From Eledone cirrhosa (taxonomy: Eukaryota), in assembly GCA_964016885.1 (NCBI GenBank), contig OZ024740.1, positions 232,686,001 through 232,750,000 on the forward strand: a DNA stretch of 64,000 nt, given 5' to 3'. Numbering within the stretch: the first letter of the stretch is position 1; the number at the start of each line of letters is the position of its first letter. The translations under genes were made by a program, and so were the position numbers. Shown one piece after another: positions 42,420 through 59,604 of this stretch. The notes beneath the pieces were generated by a model, which was not told where the DNA came from, made no database searches, and saw nothing but the letters and a program-made list of their open reading frames with translations.

Positions 42420-42950
42420 TATTGTTCTGCCAGGTACTCGTGCCACTTTACCACCTGTACAGCACAATCGGTTTCCGAAAAACAACATGTGATTTCAATG
42501 CAACTCTGACCTTTGATATGCACCTTCTGAGCAGATTCTTCTGGAGGTCTTTAAGATTGAGGAATATGGAGAATTTCCAAAATTCTAGGTACAACAGTTT
42601 TACAGAGAATATTACAAGTTCAATACAACTTCTACTATGTACAGAAGAGCAAACAGCCTAAATTGTTTGAGATGCAAACAGGGCAAAGAAAATGACCAAC
42701 ATGTTTTTGCCTGTAGTCCATGGGTATGGCAGATTGGTCTATCAACTTCGTCTATAGTAAACATTAAACACCCACATTCCTTTAGAACTGATGCGTGACT
42801 AGTCTTCTGCTGCCAGTTATATATGACGCAATCCGTTATATGAACACCTCTAAAACATTTGGGGAAAGTTATCTATCACTCCGGCCAGGCCTACATCAAC
42901 ACGAAGATGAAAGAGTAGGCACAATGAGAGGTACTGACTTCTAAGTAGAA
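42420..42950 (+). pseudogene. Possible L1/Tx1 ORF2 zinc-knuckle remnant
   Basis: A frame near 42645-42730 reads NCLRCKQGKENDQHVFACSPW (CxxC-x8-H-x3-C-like). Confidence 0.4.
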
Positions 42951-43507
42951 AGGAAGAAAACGGATGACATCACGTTCAGTGCAATGTAATGAGCCGGGAT
43001 TTTGTTTGAAAATGTTCTTGGAATTACGTTAACATACACTTCTTTCATAAATTCTTCTTACTTAAATGCGCTATTTATTTGTATCGTTATCATCAAAAGT
43101 AGAGTGAATCATATACACACTGTTTTACCTATAGTAATGTTTCTTTTCCAGTCCTCCATACACTCCTCACAAACACACACACACACACACACACTCACAC
43201 ACACACACTCACACGCACAGACACACAAAAACACAAACACGCAAACACACACATACACACATACACGCGCGCACAGACACACAAACACACAAACACGCAA
43301 ACCCGCACAAACAAGCACAAATAAACACAAACACACACACACACACACACATATTTATGCATGCAAACATATATGTTTATATGAATATATATATACATAT
43401 ATTGGCAATGTTATAACAATATTACCCTCCCCAAATATATATATGTATATATATATACACACATACACACACACACGTATATATATATATACGTGTGTGT
43501 GTGTGTG

Positions 43508-43590
<83 letters not shown>

Positions 43591-43875
43591 AGCCAGAAGA
43601 CATAACTGCAGCATGAAATGTTTTACTATAATTTCCTTGTGTAAGTTTTTTTCATTATAATTTTTTTAAAGTCCTTTTTTCATTATTATTTTATTAGGCC
43701 TGACTGATTAGCCGATCATCCGTTGTTGGATACCTCTGATCAACTATAGTCAGCCATTTGACTATATTGGAGGCAAGTATTTCCATAAATAAGATATTTA
43801 TTTACTGTGTGTATATATATATATATAATTATATATATATAAACGTTTGTATATATTTATATATATATATATAAT

Positions 43876-43949
<74 letters not shown>

Positions 43950-44260
43950 ATATATACAATAAATATATATATAAACACTCACACACATATATAGATGTAC
44001 AGAAAGAAGCGACAATAATATGAGTTAATTATTACAAGTAAAGAGGCTACGTTACTTAGAAGTAACTCATAGGGGAATAGACCTGCTTTCTAAATAAACG
44101 ACTCAGAAATGGTCATATAGGAGAGTTCATTTGTACAGATACGCATATATACATATATATATCTATGTACATAGATGTAACATTATATGCATATATTTAA
44201 ATAAATCAATATACATACATGTATACAGACACACATATACATACATACACACACATACAT

Positions 44261-44331
<71 letters not shown>

Positions 44332-44392
44332 TATATATATAAATATATATATATAAATATATATATATAAATATATATATACCCACTCACAC

Positions 44393-44425
<33 letters not shown>

Positions 44426-44450
44426 CATACACACACACACATATATAAAT

Positions 44451-44527
<77 letters not shown>

Positions 44528-44530
<3 letters not shown>

Positions 44531-44768
44531 TCATCATCATCATCATCATCATCGTTTAACGTCCATCTTCCACGCTTGCATGAGGTTTGGACGGGAGTTT
44601 TCCCACTTGAGGCAAGATTTGTTGTCCTGCTCGTATAGGACTGTCTGGCGGGTTTTCTACGGCTGGATGCCCTTCCTAACACCAACCACGTTTACAGTGT
44701 GGACTGGGAGGTTTTTACCGTGTTACCTACACGGCCACATTACAGCGTGGACTGTGTTTTTTTTTGTC

Positions 44769-44769
<1 letters not shown>
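44528..44769 (-). mobile_element. RTE LINE 3' end with (GAT)n tail
   Basis: Reverse complement of 55455-55700. Confidence 0.85.
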
Positions 44770-44805
<36 letters not shown>

Positions 44806-45092
44806 TACAATTTTATTTCTCGCCTGAGCATATGTACTTGAGAAAATACTATATATTTTCAACCGTTCAACAGACTGGCAGAGGCATGCAGTCCGGACGA
44901 AGGGTAATGATCCCAAAACATGTTGATTATTCCTTGATTATTCCTCAAACCAGTGTTGAACAAATAGGTAACCATCGATCACCGGCCCAGCCTCAAATTT
45001 GTTTACAAAAAAATGGAACATTACTATTAATGTTCGATGAAACCGTTAGGTGCATATGTATATGTATATATATATATGTGTGCGTGTGTGGG

Positions 45093-45132
<40 letters not shown>

Positions 45133-45266
45133 AGAGTGTGTGTGTTTGTTTATATATGTATTTGTGTGTGTGTATGTGTGTATGTGTGTGTGTTTTGTGA
45201 GTGTGTGTGTGTGTTTGTTTATATATGTATTTGTGTGTGTGTTCTTTTGTGAGAGTGTGTGTATAT

Positions 45267-45406
<140 letters not shown>

Positions 45407-45607
45407 CATATATATATGTGTATATATATATACACATATATATACATATATACCAACCAACCAGAAATTTATAAATATATAATAAATTGAAGTGAAACAA
45501 CTGGTGCGTGTGTTTCTTATTGGCAACATGACCCTCCCAAAGTATAACAATATATATATATACATATATATACATATATATATACATATATACATATACA
45601 TATATAT

Positions 45608-45796
45608 AGGAACCAGTAAGACCCCGACAGCTGAGCTCAAGCCGTTTCGACGGCTAATTCTCTGAATTAGCCGTCGAAACGGCTTGAGCTCAGCTGTCGG
45701 GGTCTTACTGGTTCCTATTACCCACTCTACTACCTCAAGTATTGAGTACTTTGGTGCGTTATGGTCCACCTGGTTCCTTACCACATTTCCTTCGTT

Positions 45797-45797
<1 letters not shown>
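45608..45797 (+). mobile_element. Family A palindromic element
   Basis: Perfect arms (the ACAG/CTGT variant is mirrored in both arms) plus tail. Confidence 0.9.
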
Positions 45798-45894
<97 letters not shown>

Positions 45895-46069
45895 CGAAGT
45901 TCGCTGGTGTTAAGCCGACGTTCTCTGGCCAGCGTCTAGCTCACTCAATGAATCCGCCGAATTGCAGTAATGTAGTTGCAATTGGCTTTTCAGAGTGTGG
46001 CGGTGTTTTGGAAGAGAGAAAGGTAAAATTCTCAACTCCTGGACGATATATAAATATATATATATACAC

Positions 46070-46365
46070 TGATATTAAATAAATGGAATCTATATTTATA
46101 AAACCATATTTATTCTATTATATATATTTCAAGGGTACCAAAATTTTGGTACGCTATCATCAGATAAAATACGAAGTGTGTTTTATATATTTTGACATAA
46201 CCAAGGAGAATATACCTTAACAGTTCAAGTTTTCCTTGGATAGTATTTAATAGTATTTAATTTAATATCATTGTATATTATACTCCAGAAAAGCTGTCGA
46301 GTGCTCTGAATCAGTTATAAACATTTATATTTGTTGAATTACCAACAAATTGAATATCACTTCTG

Positions 46366-46368
<3 letters not shown>
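46070..46368 (+). mobile_element. Family E element (inverted arm with HHR plus tail)
   Basis: Aligns with 13291-13440 and 13565-13660. Confidence 0.8.
46113..46169 (-). ncRNA. Type I hammerhead ribozyme motif
   Basis: TTTTAT, CTGATGA, TAGC-GTACCAAA-AT-TTTGGTAC-CCTT, GAAA, TATATA, TA, ATAGAA. Confidence 0.7.
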
Positions 46369-46433
<65 letters not shown>

Positions 46434-46626
46434 TCATATACAGATCAGAGCAAACATCACGGACGCTCTATCTCAAAATTATTTTTGAAAAGCATTTAGA
46501 AATGCGCAACCGGTAAAACTTAAAACCAAAACTGATTACTAACCAATACAATTACTAATTCTCATTTATTCTTAATTAAACTATTTTTCACTGTGAACAA
46601 TTTGTCAGCATTTTCTATTCCGTTTA

Positions 46627-46662
<36 letters not shown>

Positions 46663-46665
<3 letters not shown>

Positions 46666-46975
46666 CGGAACCTAGGTTCACGAATTTAATTCGCTCCTAA
46701 AAACCGTCCGTCACTCGAAAAGCGCGTAAGCCGAAACTGTTGTTCCGATACGAAATTTTGGTAGAGAAATGAGAGAGAGAGGGTGTGGGGTGAGAGAGAG
46801 AGAAACTGCGTGAGAAAGACAGATAGACATCACCAAAGTAGTTAACTACACAGCAAGGGAAGCAGGCTTTACCGTCCATACAACCAGCTTATCGCCAGCC
46901 GTAGTTGTCGGCTTGTGTGTTCGTTACTCCAGTGAGACGTTTATGTGCGGAAAAATTATTCGTGAAGAGAGGTTA
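46663..46975. mobile_element. Tigger/pogo-type MITE, degraded
   Basis: TA-CAGCGGAACCTAGGTTCACGAAT left TIR; degenerate right TIR ATTCGTGAAGAGAGGTT. Confidence 0.55.
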
Positions 46976-47021
46976 TATATATATATGTGTGTGTGTATGT
47001 ATATATAAAATAAGAACATAC

Positions 47022-47073
<52 letters not shown>

Positions 47074-47531
47074 GTAAATATATATAAATATATATAGATA
47101 TATGTCCATATATATCTATACATATACTCATTTAAATATATATATACAAACATATATATGTATATATATATATGCGTGTGTATGCACAAACACAAACATA
47201 CACACAGATACACTCATACAGACACGCACACATACACACATATATACACATATATACATATATATGACTATATATATATATATTAGGGGAGATTGCAAAT
47301 AATTCGTGTGTCAACCAGATTCAGCACTAGATGAAATGAAAGTGAAATACTGTTTAATTTAGGAACTATTCATTTATATTCCATTCCTATTGTAAATCAT
47401 ATTAAGCTGGGAAGTGGATGGGAAATTAAATCGGTGATATGATACAAGTAATACTTTCATGTTTTATTATGTATTATATGATTTATAATATATATATATA
47501 TATATGTGTGTGTGCGTGCGTATGTGTGTGT

Positions 47532-47592
<61 letters not shown>

Positions 47593-47695
47593 TGTATTTG
47601 TGTGTGTGCGTGCGTTTGTATTTGCGTGCACATACATACTGATAGTTTTAAGTATGTATACTCGTATAAATATCGCTATATATATGTATATACTC

Positions 47696-47832
<137 letters not shown>

Positions 47833-47852
47833 TATAAATCATATAATACATA

Positions 47853-47904
<52 letters not shown>

Positions 47905-47907
<3 letters not shown>

Positions 47908-48116
47908 CGAAGGAAATGTGGTAAGGAACCAGGTGGACCATAACGCACCAAAGTACTCAATACTTGGGGTAGTAGAGTGGGTAATAGGAACCAGTAAGAC
48001 CCCGACGGCTGAGCTCAAGCCATTTCGACGGCTAATTCTGGACTAATAACAGACTTAGTCCAGAATTAGCCGTCGAAGCGGCTTGAGCTCAGCCGTCGGG
48101 GTCTTACTGGTTCCTA
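47905..48116 (-). mobile_element. Family A palindromic element
   Basis: Reverse tail, ~60-bp arms around 48047-48053. Confidence 0.9.
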
Positions 48117-48145
48117 TATATATATATATACATATATATGTATAA

Positions 48146-48213
<68 letters not shown>

Positions 48214-48395
48214 TAAACAGATAATGAATAAAACAATGAAACAGTTCCTTATATTAAACAAAAAAAGTTCATTATTTAACGATCGTTTCTAGGATATATA
48301 TGTGTTAGAATTGGCATGCATTCTCTTCTTTCCATGATATCCGGAATACATTGAGTTCTTCATACGGATTGGACACTACCGTAAACTCTTGGTAG

Positions 48396-48624
<229 letters not shown>

Positions 48625-48641
48625 CATATACATATATATAC

Positions 48642-48930
48642 GGTGGAGGTACGTGGCCTAGTGGTAAGGGTGTAGGACTTACGATCATAATGTCGTGGGT
48701 TGAATTCCTGGGTTCCGTGTTGTGTTCTTGAACAAAACACTGCATTTCACGTTACTCCAGTATACTCAGCTGAAAATAAGTACCAGCAATAGCTGGAGGT
48801 TTAACCCTTCGTGGACTGGCGTCCTGTCCAGGGGGGGGGGGGGGAGGAGTCTTGTACTCTCTGTCGCTTCACTCCATGAAACCGGGATAAGCACGGCCAA
48901 ATGAGCCTTCTGGCGTAAGACAGACTTTAT
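48642..48930 (+). mobile_element. SINE family 2
   Basis: TGGCCTAGTGG A-box and GGTTGAATTCC B-box-like head; collinear with 27033-27314. Confidence 0.8.
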
Positions 48931-49807
48931 ACTTTTTTTTTTTTATATGTATATACATGTACGTATGTATATTTTATATGTGTATATAAATATGTATTTA
49001 TATATGTCTGTGTGCGCTGGCTTACTTTCGTGAGGGTTTCGCTACCAGTGCCATGGTTTATGCTGTCATATTGGAACCCAACATTCTACATATTTTTTAT
49101 TCAAATCTAGTAATTATTTCATCGATCTTGTTTATACTGAACCTCTAGGTTACGGGAAAATCACCCCAGAGAGAGGCACAAACACAAACACACACACACA
49201 CATGAACACACACACACGTACACATACACATACACACACATGAACACACACACAAACACATACACACACACACATACACATGTATATGTATTTAAATATT
49301 CATTTTATGTATGTTTTTATTTATATATATGTATATGTCTGTACCTCTTCGTATGTCTATAATTGTTTACATGCTTGACGATGGGACTGTAAATATTTGT
49401 GTGTTGTGTATTTGAGTCTGTGTGTGCTTGTGTGTGTGTGTTTGTTTATGTGTGGTGCGTCTACGTGTGTGTGTGTTTGTGTGTTAGAGTGTGTGTGGGT
49501 TCGTTTATATGTGTGTGTTTGTGTGTTTGAGTGTGTGTTTGTGTATGTGTGTGTTTGTCTGTGTGTGTTTGAGGTCATGTGTGTGTTTGTTTGAGTTTGT
49601 GTGTGTGTTTGTGTGTGTGTTTGAGTGTGTGTGTGTGTGTGTTTGTGTGTTTGAGTGTATGTGTGTTTTTGTTTGAGTTTATGTGTGTCTGATTGTGTGT
49701 CTGTTTGTGTGTGAGTGTGTGTGTATTTGTGTGCGGTTGTGTTGTGTGTCTGTGTGTGTGTTTGTGTGTGGGTGTGCGTGTTTTAGTATGCGTGTGTTTG
49801 TTTGTAT

Positions 49808-49846
<39 letters not shown>

Positions 49847-50715
49847 TTTATATATGTATTTGTGTGTGTCTGATTGTGTGTCTGTTTGTGTGTGAATGTG
49901 TGTGTATTTGTGTGCGGTTGTGTTGTGTGTTTGTGTGTGTGTTTGTGTGTCGGTGTGCGTGTTTTAGTATGCGTGTGTTTGTTTGTATGTGTGTTTGTGT
50001 GTGTGCATGTGTGTTTGTTTGTTTATATATGTATTTGTCTGTGTGTGTGTATGTGTATATCTACGAGACTCTTTGTGTCTGTCTTGTCCTCTCTCCCTCC
50101 AAATCCTCCTATCTATATGCAACATTAGTACACTCCTACTGCAGCAACAGCCGAGTGTGTGTCACATGTGCCAGACGTGTTCCACATGTTTGTAGTGCTG
50201 GTTACATTAAAATAAACAGACGTATATCTAATTTCTCCTTAATCCACTACTCTACCCTTTATTATCCCCATAGGGTTTTCCCTTTTCTAACCCCATCCCT
50301 CCTTACTTGTCCCCCACCCACATTCCGATGCCCATACTATAAAATACCAGTAGTATACTGCGGATGCTATTAATAAAAAAAAAACTACAAAAAAGAAAAG
50401 AAAAAGCTTAGTATAGAGTGTCGTTCTTGAATTTCTTATTTCAAATCCTTACGTTGTTGAATTAATGAATACATGATATATCGTCGTCATCATGATACTC
50501 ATCCTCATCTGCCTCCTTCTTCTCATCATCATCATCATCATCATCATCATCACCATCATGGATATCATCATATACCTGACCATCATGGTTATCATCATTC
50601 GATGAAATTATATTCTAGAGTTCACCTTGTGTGTTTGTCGATGTATGGTCCCGAAACTCATGTAGAGTCGTAGAGGCACTGTATTGACATATGGCGTTTC
50701 TTGGGCATCTTTTAA

Positions 50716-51240
50716 AGCCTGGTGGAACCCATACATCCCCAGGCCTGAATACAGCAGATTTCTTCCAGAGGAAGTTGGAAAGTGAGAGAAAGGAAATGAA
50801 AAAGAGATATAGAGGTAGAATTTACCACAGTATTAGACAAGTACTTTTGTTTTTATAGACAGCCTGGTGGAACCCATACATCCCCAGGCCTGAATACAGC
50901 AGATTTCTTCCAGAGGAAGTTGGAAAGTGAGAGAAAGGAAATGAAAAAGAGATATAGAGGTAGAATTTACCACTAGACAAGTACTTTTGTTTTTATCGAC
51001 AGCCTGGTGGAATGCATACCTCCCCAGGCCCGAATACAGCAGATTTCTTCCAGAGAAAGTTGGAAAGTGAGAGAAAGGAAATGACAAATTGTGGAAGAAT
51101 TTACAACAGTACTAGACTGGTATTTTATTTATCGACCTCGAAATGATGAAAGGCAAGAAATTCACCTCGGGGGTATTTGAACTCCGAGAGCAGAGAGTCG
51201 GAACGAGTAACATAAATCATTCTATCCGACATTCTAACGA
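50716..51240 (-). mobile_element. SINE family 1 variant whose 3' region is tandemly triplicated (~140-145-bp units)
   Basis: AGCCTGGTGGAA units at 50716, 50861 and 51001; SINE core at 51115-51185. Confidence 0.7.
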
Positions 51241-51634
51241 GAGTCGACTTAAACTAGATTTAAAATGTCCGGTTTCCTATTGTCGTTCGACAAAGGAAAA
51301 GTTTGTCTGGATGGGCAGAATGTCGGCTGTTTTTACTACTAGCGTGTGTCTGTATTGTCATTCATGGTTCTGGGCTCGAATTAGTATAATCGATCGAAAC
51401 TATTACGTTACTTATCCATTTTTTTTTACCATGTGCCAATGTTTTAGAACATTGCCAACATATCCAACACCCAAACCCACCACAGCCAACATCATCGTAC
51501 CCGCCGCCATCTCCCCCACCTTCCTTCTCTTTCTCTTTCTCACCCTCATCTTCACCTCCGTCGTCGACGACTTCGTCAACATCATATCTGCCACTACACG
51601 ATCCACAACTGCCACCACCGCAATCTCCGGTATT

Positions 51635-51740
<106 letters not shown>

Positions 51741-51889
51741 TCTTCTTCTTTCATCATCAACATCATACCTACCATAACGTACCAGCGTCACCACTTTTTC
51801 ACCACCATCATTGTCGTCGACATTATTATCATCTTCCTCTATCCCCGCCCCCCCCCCCATCATCATCATCATCTTCGTAGGCTGTGAAA

Positions 51890-52108
51890 TAATTACTAGA
51901 AATAATTACCATAGCGTCGGACATAATGCTTCGTGGTATTTAGTCACGACCCTTTACGCCCTGAGTTCAAATCCTACCAATGTCAAATTTGCCATTCATG
52001 GTTTTATGGTCGATGAAATAAGGTACCAGTGAAATACTGGGGTCGATTTAATCGAGTTTCCCCCTCATCCAAATTACTGGCCTTGTGCCAAATGTAGAAA
52101 CAATTATT
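51890..52108 (+). mobile_element. SINE family 1
   Basis: GAGTTCAAATCC, core and tail. Confidence 0.7.
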
Positions 52109-52281
52109 ATTTTTTAATACTTTTTGTTATTATTATCTTAAAGATAAAGCGCAGTCTACAGAGACATGTACGGTATCAAAATTAACAGTTCCCGAGAGTC
52201 ACTTGCTGGAATGTTCGCATGTTTGTGAACAAACATCTTACACTAACACTAATGCAGATGGTGAGATTCACTTACACATAA

Positions 52282-52330
<49 letters not shown>

Positions 52331-52474
52331 GAAATATACACGTACACATACCACACATACACACAACTCGCATACACACAACTCGCATACACAAAACACA
52401 TATCCACACACACGCAACATGCATACTCACACACATATATATATAATTACATACACACATACACGCATACAAGC

Positions 52475-52559
<85 letters not shown>

Positions 52560-52689
52560 CAAGCGTTCGCATGTTCACGACTACACACAGAGATACGGAA
52601 AGATGTTCCCACAATGCAATTGGATAACCGACATCTGATAGATGTAGACAAACTCACACATGGACGATTACACATATATACAATACGAA

Positions 52690-52759
<70 letters not shown>

Positions 52760-52874
52760 TATATATATTATGTATACGCAGTATATACTCATAAATACAA
52801 ACACACATAAACACATCTAGACACACAAACATCCATATATTTATATATATATATATATATATATAGATAAATAG

Positions 52875-52918
<44 letters not shown>

Positions 52919-52973
52919 AGAGAGATGTCCTATATAATGTGTATGTATAATGTGTATATAATGTATATCTATA

Positions 52974-54798
<1,825 letters not shown>

Positions 54799-54799
54799 T

Positions 54800-55700
54800 C
54801 TAGAGTCAGAACTGGACGGAAAAAGTTTTGAGAGCTTATACCACTATTAGCCGCTAAAGGGTTCTCCCTAAAAATGAAAGGCAGGCTGTATGATGCCTGC
54901 ATACGAACAGCAGTCTTGCATGGCAGTGAGACCTGGGCATTGTGTGCAGAGGATATACGCAGACTAGAGAGGAACGAAGCTTGCATGCTCCGCTGGATGT
55001 GTAATAGTAATATACGCGAACGGCAAAGCATAAACGAACTAAGGGAAAAATTAGAAATAAGAGGGATCAGATGTTGTTTAGTCGAGAGAAGGCTACGTTG
55101 GTATGGTCACGTGATGCGCATGTAAGACGACAGCTGTATAAAAAAGAGCAGGGCAATAAAGATAGACGGTAGCCACGGAGTAGGCAGACCCAGAAAAAAC
55201 CTGGGACGACCTGATAAATTCCGACCTCACACACTTACACCTCTCCAAGACAATGTCACTGGACCGAGATCTTTGGCGGTACTCAGTAATAGAGAAGACC
55301 CGCCTTACCTGAAATACAAAGTAAAACCTACTACAGTCAGTAGGCATCTCTAACAAAACACCACCACCACCCCATCCACACCGCCCCTTTCAATGTAAAG
55401 TTATGTTGGTGCCACAACATCCAGGCCGAAACAAATGAGATCGTGTAGGTGTCACGACAAAAAAACACACAGTTCACGCTGTAATGTGGCCGTGTAGGCA
55501 ACACGGTAAAAACCTCCCAGTCCCACACTGTAAATCTGGTTGGTGTTAGGAAGGGCATCCAGCTGTAGAAAACCCGCCAGACAGTCCTATGCGAGCAAGA
55601 CAACCACTCTTGCCTCAAGTGGGAAAACTCCCGTCCAAACCCATGCAAGCGTGGAACATGGACGTTAAACGATGATGATGATGATGATGATGATGATGAT
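54800..55700 (+). mobile_element. 5'-truncated RTE-clade LINE (RT C-terminus, 3'UTR, (GAT)n tail)
   Basis: KGRLYDACIRTAVLHGSETWAL..RLERNEACMLRWMC..RRLRWYGHVMRM, GRPRK, DRDLWR. Confidence 0.92.
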
Positions 55701-56299
55701 ATATATATATATATACGATATCAGGGTTTCTAAGAAACACGGCCAATTGAACAGGATTAGTAACATAACCATTACCATCTTAGCGATACATTGATCTCCA
55801 TCGATCAATCGACCCTCTGAAACGATCGTAAAGCAATGAACTAACTATCTACCTATACCTGACTTCAGTTTTTTTCATTGCTCTATGCACAAACACATGT
55901 CTATTTACACACACAAACAAATATATATATACGCATACATACATGCATATACATATATCCATTATATAGTACCTATCCACATGCAAAAATATAATTGGTT
56001 CTCGATATATCATACACTATACGCGCATATAGATGAATGTTTAAACACGCTTTTGTATGGCATATGCTTAAGTCGTTTAGTATTTGTATATGAAAATGGA
56101 TAGGAATCATTCGCCCCTCCAAAATTTCTGTATTCATCTACTAAAGAAGAAAAATCATGTCATTACAATTAGATTCATTACGGTTGCTGTGTGTTTTTCC
56201 CCTGGATAGAAAATAACCAACCATTTCAAAATAATAGTAGAGATCCTCTTCACGCTCACTTCGCTTGTCGAAGACTGCGCATCAACATGAGATATTCTT

Positions 56300-56730
56300 C
56301 TCCACAAAGTTCGATCACCAGCAACAGAGTTTAAAAATCAAACCTCAGATCTTGACATTATCAAGCTAGCGTTTTAGTTGTGGACTCTTGCTTCTCTAAC
56401 CAGCTAACTTTCCTTCTAGGCAAAACTTACTCGCACCACGAGTTGATCTTTTGATATGACCATACCGTTTAAGTACTCTTGACTGATGTGATTGGTTTAA
56501 GCTTGGTAATGTGGAGTAGCTCATTGATAGAGATATGGTCGCTGAGTCATTTGTTAGTGATAAGTCTCATGATGTGATTCTGGAATGTAGAGAGCTTCTG
56601 AAGTGAACTTGCCGTCCAGTTAACACAATCGAGACCATATAACACAACTGGTAGGATGTAAGTATCAAAGAACTTAGTCTTCAAATGATAAGAAACTCGT
56701 TTAGAGGTTAGCAATTCTTCACTCCTTTAA
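56300..56730 (-). pseudogene. Degraded LINE RT C-terminal fragment (RTE-like)
   Basis: Minus frame reads LKTKFFDTYILPVVLYGLDCVNWT..LSTFQNHIMRLI. Confidence 0.7.
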
Positions 56731-56902
56731 ACCTGGCGGAAATCTTCACTTTCCATGTCTGGACACAGTTTATTTCATCAAGTGCAGGGAGAAAGTGTGA
56801 GACAGAGGAATGGGACAAAAACAGATATAGAAGAATCGAACGCTGTACTAGACTGGCAATTTATTTATCGACCTAGAAAAGAGGGAAGGCAATGTTACTC
56901 TC

Positions 56903-57043
56903 AGCATGGGTTAAACAGGAAGAAATAACAAGCATGGGTTAAACAGGAAGAAATAACAAGCATGGGTTAAACAGGAAGAAATAACAAGCATGGGTTAAAC
57001 AGGAAGAAATAACAAGCATGGGTTAAACAGGAAGAAATAACAA
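56903..57043. repeat. Five perfect 28-bp tandem repeats inside a SINE remnant
   Basis: AGCATGGGTTAAACAGGAAGAAATAACA at 56903, 56931, 56959, 56987 and 57015. Confidence 0.95.
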
Positions 57044-57086
57044 GTATTCTATCAGGCGTCCTAGGGACTCCAACATTTTGCCTATA

Positions 57087-57420
57087 TCTTCTTCTTCTTC
57101 TTCTTCTTCTTCTTCTTCTTCTTCTTCTTCTTTTTCTTCTTCTTCTTCTTCTTCTTCTTCTTCTTCTTCTTCTTCTTCTTCTTCTTCTTCTTCTTCTTCT
57201 TCTTCTTCTTCTTCTTCTTCTTCTTCTTCTCCTCCTCCACCACCCATTTCCTCATGAGAGGGTCATGGCGGCAACGGGTCGTGTAAGAAGGAACCCTGTG
57301 CAACTGATCCGGCTGGATCCCCAAGCGAGACTAGCCGAACTCATGGATGATATCCAACCATATTGCGCGGGGGCTCCTGCCGGTTTGTGTTGCCTGTATC
57401 TCAATTCGGAGAAGTAGCAC
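57087..57420 (-). mobile_element. RTE LINE 3' fragment with long (AAG)n tail
   Basis: LGIQPDQL block shared with 59700-59760; (CTT)n at 57087-57230. Confidence 0.65.
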
Positions 57421-57448
57421 TCTATATATGTATAATTGTAAGAATGCA

Positions 57449-57564
<116 letters not shown>

Positions 57565-57875
57565 TATGTATCAACTGTGATAGGGCGAGAAATAAAATTT
57601 TTATTTTATTTATAAATATTTATATATATATAAATATATATATATTTTTTACATTCATTTAATTTATTGATTTATTGATATTTTATTTGAGTGACCCGAA
57701 TCTTCCTGGTCGTTCTTTTTCGGCTGTACGGGTGATTTTAGGCATGATCTCTATGTGTTGGTAATTTAACGATGGTTATAGCTCTGATTTATCCAAATTA
57801 TTGAGCCCTCTGCCACACATATCGGATATTGTTTATCGTTAATTCGTAAGCAGTTTTTCCGATTCTCGATTATTC

Positions 57876-57925
<50 letters not shown>

Positions 57926-58073
57926 GGGTAGAACACTGCAAGGTAATATCCGTAGTGGTAGAGCACTCAGTCCATGGGACGAGTTAGGTAGAAGTGGTTA
58001 CACAACAGTTTGTTCACCATACCGAGAACCATTGTTTCACCTTAACGGATCCACTTCTATATATATATATATA

Positions 58074-58500
58074 TCATCATCATCATCATCGTTTAACGTC
58101 CATATTCCACTCTTGCATGGGTTTGGACGGGGGTTTTCCCACTTGCGGCAAGAGTGGTTGTCTTGCTCGCATAGGACTGTCTGGCGGGTTTTCTACGGCT
58201 GGATGCCCTTCCTAACACCAACCACATTTACAGTGTGGACTGGGAGGTTTTTACCGTGTTGCCTACACGGCCACATTACAGCGTGGACTGTGTGTTTCTT
58301 TGTCGTAACACCTACACGACCTCATTTGTTTCGGGCTGGATGTTGTGGTACCAACATAACTTTACATTGAAAGGGGTGGTGTGGATGGGGTGGTGGTGGT
58401 GGTGGGACGAGGGTGTATTTTGTTAGAAGTGCCTACTGACTGTAGTAGATTTCAGTTTGTACTTAGGTAAGGCGGGTCTTCTCTATTACTGTGTAGCGAC
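58074..58500 (-). mobile_element. RTE LINE 3' end with (GAT)n tail
   Basis: Reverse complement of 55270-55690. Confidence 0.85.
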
Positions 58501-58522
58501 AAAGCTCTATATATAATTAATG

Positions 58523-58583
<61 letters not shown>

Positions 58584-58706
58584 TGTATCAGTTACGAACA
58601 GTTAGCAGTGGCCATTACACAGAGTTCCTTAGTCCCCCAGATCATCTATAATCTTCCAGATGTCTGAGGCATGTGAGAAATTGTTGCTACATATGTCAAA
58701 CCATAC

Positions 58707-58808
58707 GTTTCTATGTTAAATAATGAAGTACGCGTTGCAGGTATTAATCTTCTATACGGTAAACTTCGATACCAAGTGGGCTGTATTTTCTTAGGTCTTA
58801 AGGCTGAT
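58707..58808 (-). other. Candidate 102-nt internal coding exon (phase 2-2)
   Basis: Acceptor TTATTGTTTACACTTAG, donor AC|GTATGG; the only open frame is SALRPKKIQPTWYRSLPYRRLIPATRTSLFNIE; non-repetitive sequence. Confidence 0.3.
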
Positions 58809-59604
58809 CTAAGTGTAAACAATAATATATATTTAGCAACAAATACAGCAACAAGAGCACCATCACCACTTTCACCACTACTATCGCCGCCGCCGTTGCC
58901 GCCACCACCACCACCACCTACACCACCACCATCACCACCATCACCACCACCACCACCACCACCACTATCGCAACCAGCACCACTATCATCACAATCACCA
59001 CCACCACTATCACCACCACCACCACCACCATCACCACCATCACCACCACTATCGCGACCATCATCATCACCATCACCACCACAATCACCACAATCACCAC
59101 AATCACCACTATCACCACCACCACAAACAATAACAGCAACAACAACAATACAAATAAGAGCAACAAAACACACGCACTTCCAGACACATGCATCAACTCC
59201 CCAGACTCACTAGCACACAAACGTCATAGACATAAATACACACAAGCACATAGACATAAATACACAAAGAATGAAACACACACATCCCAGCATTTAGAAA
59301 TACACTGATCCACAAACAACCACAATCACCACTGCCACTAATAGCAGCAGCATAGATTCTACCACCACAATCACCTACACTGGTAGTATCACTAGTCCCA
59401 GCTTACACGACAAAACAACCACCAGTAACATCTGATAACGCTATCAATATCTCTATATCAACAGCCAACACCAGTAGAACCATTATCGCCATATCTACCA
59501 ACGTCACTACAAACAGCACTGATACCACTAGTACTATCAACGTCTCCAACACCACTTTCACCAATACTGCTAACATAAACCGCCATTAACGCCGACACCA
59601 CCAC

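Noticed and set aside
56903-57043. 28-bp repeats of CRISPR-like length
   Set aside because: Directly adjacent, with no spacers.
58646-59220. Extensin-like Pro-rich and Gly-rich ORFs
   Set aside because: (ACC)/(ATC) simple repeats; only 58707-58808 is complex sequence.
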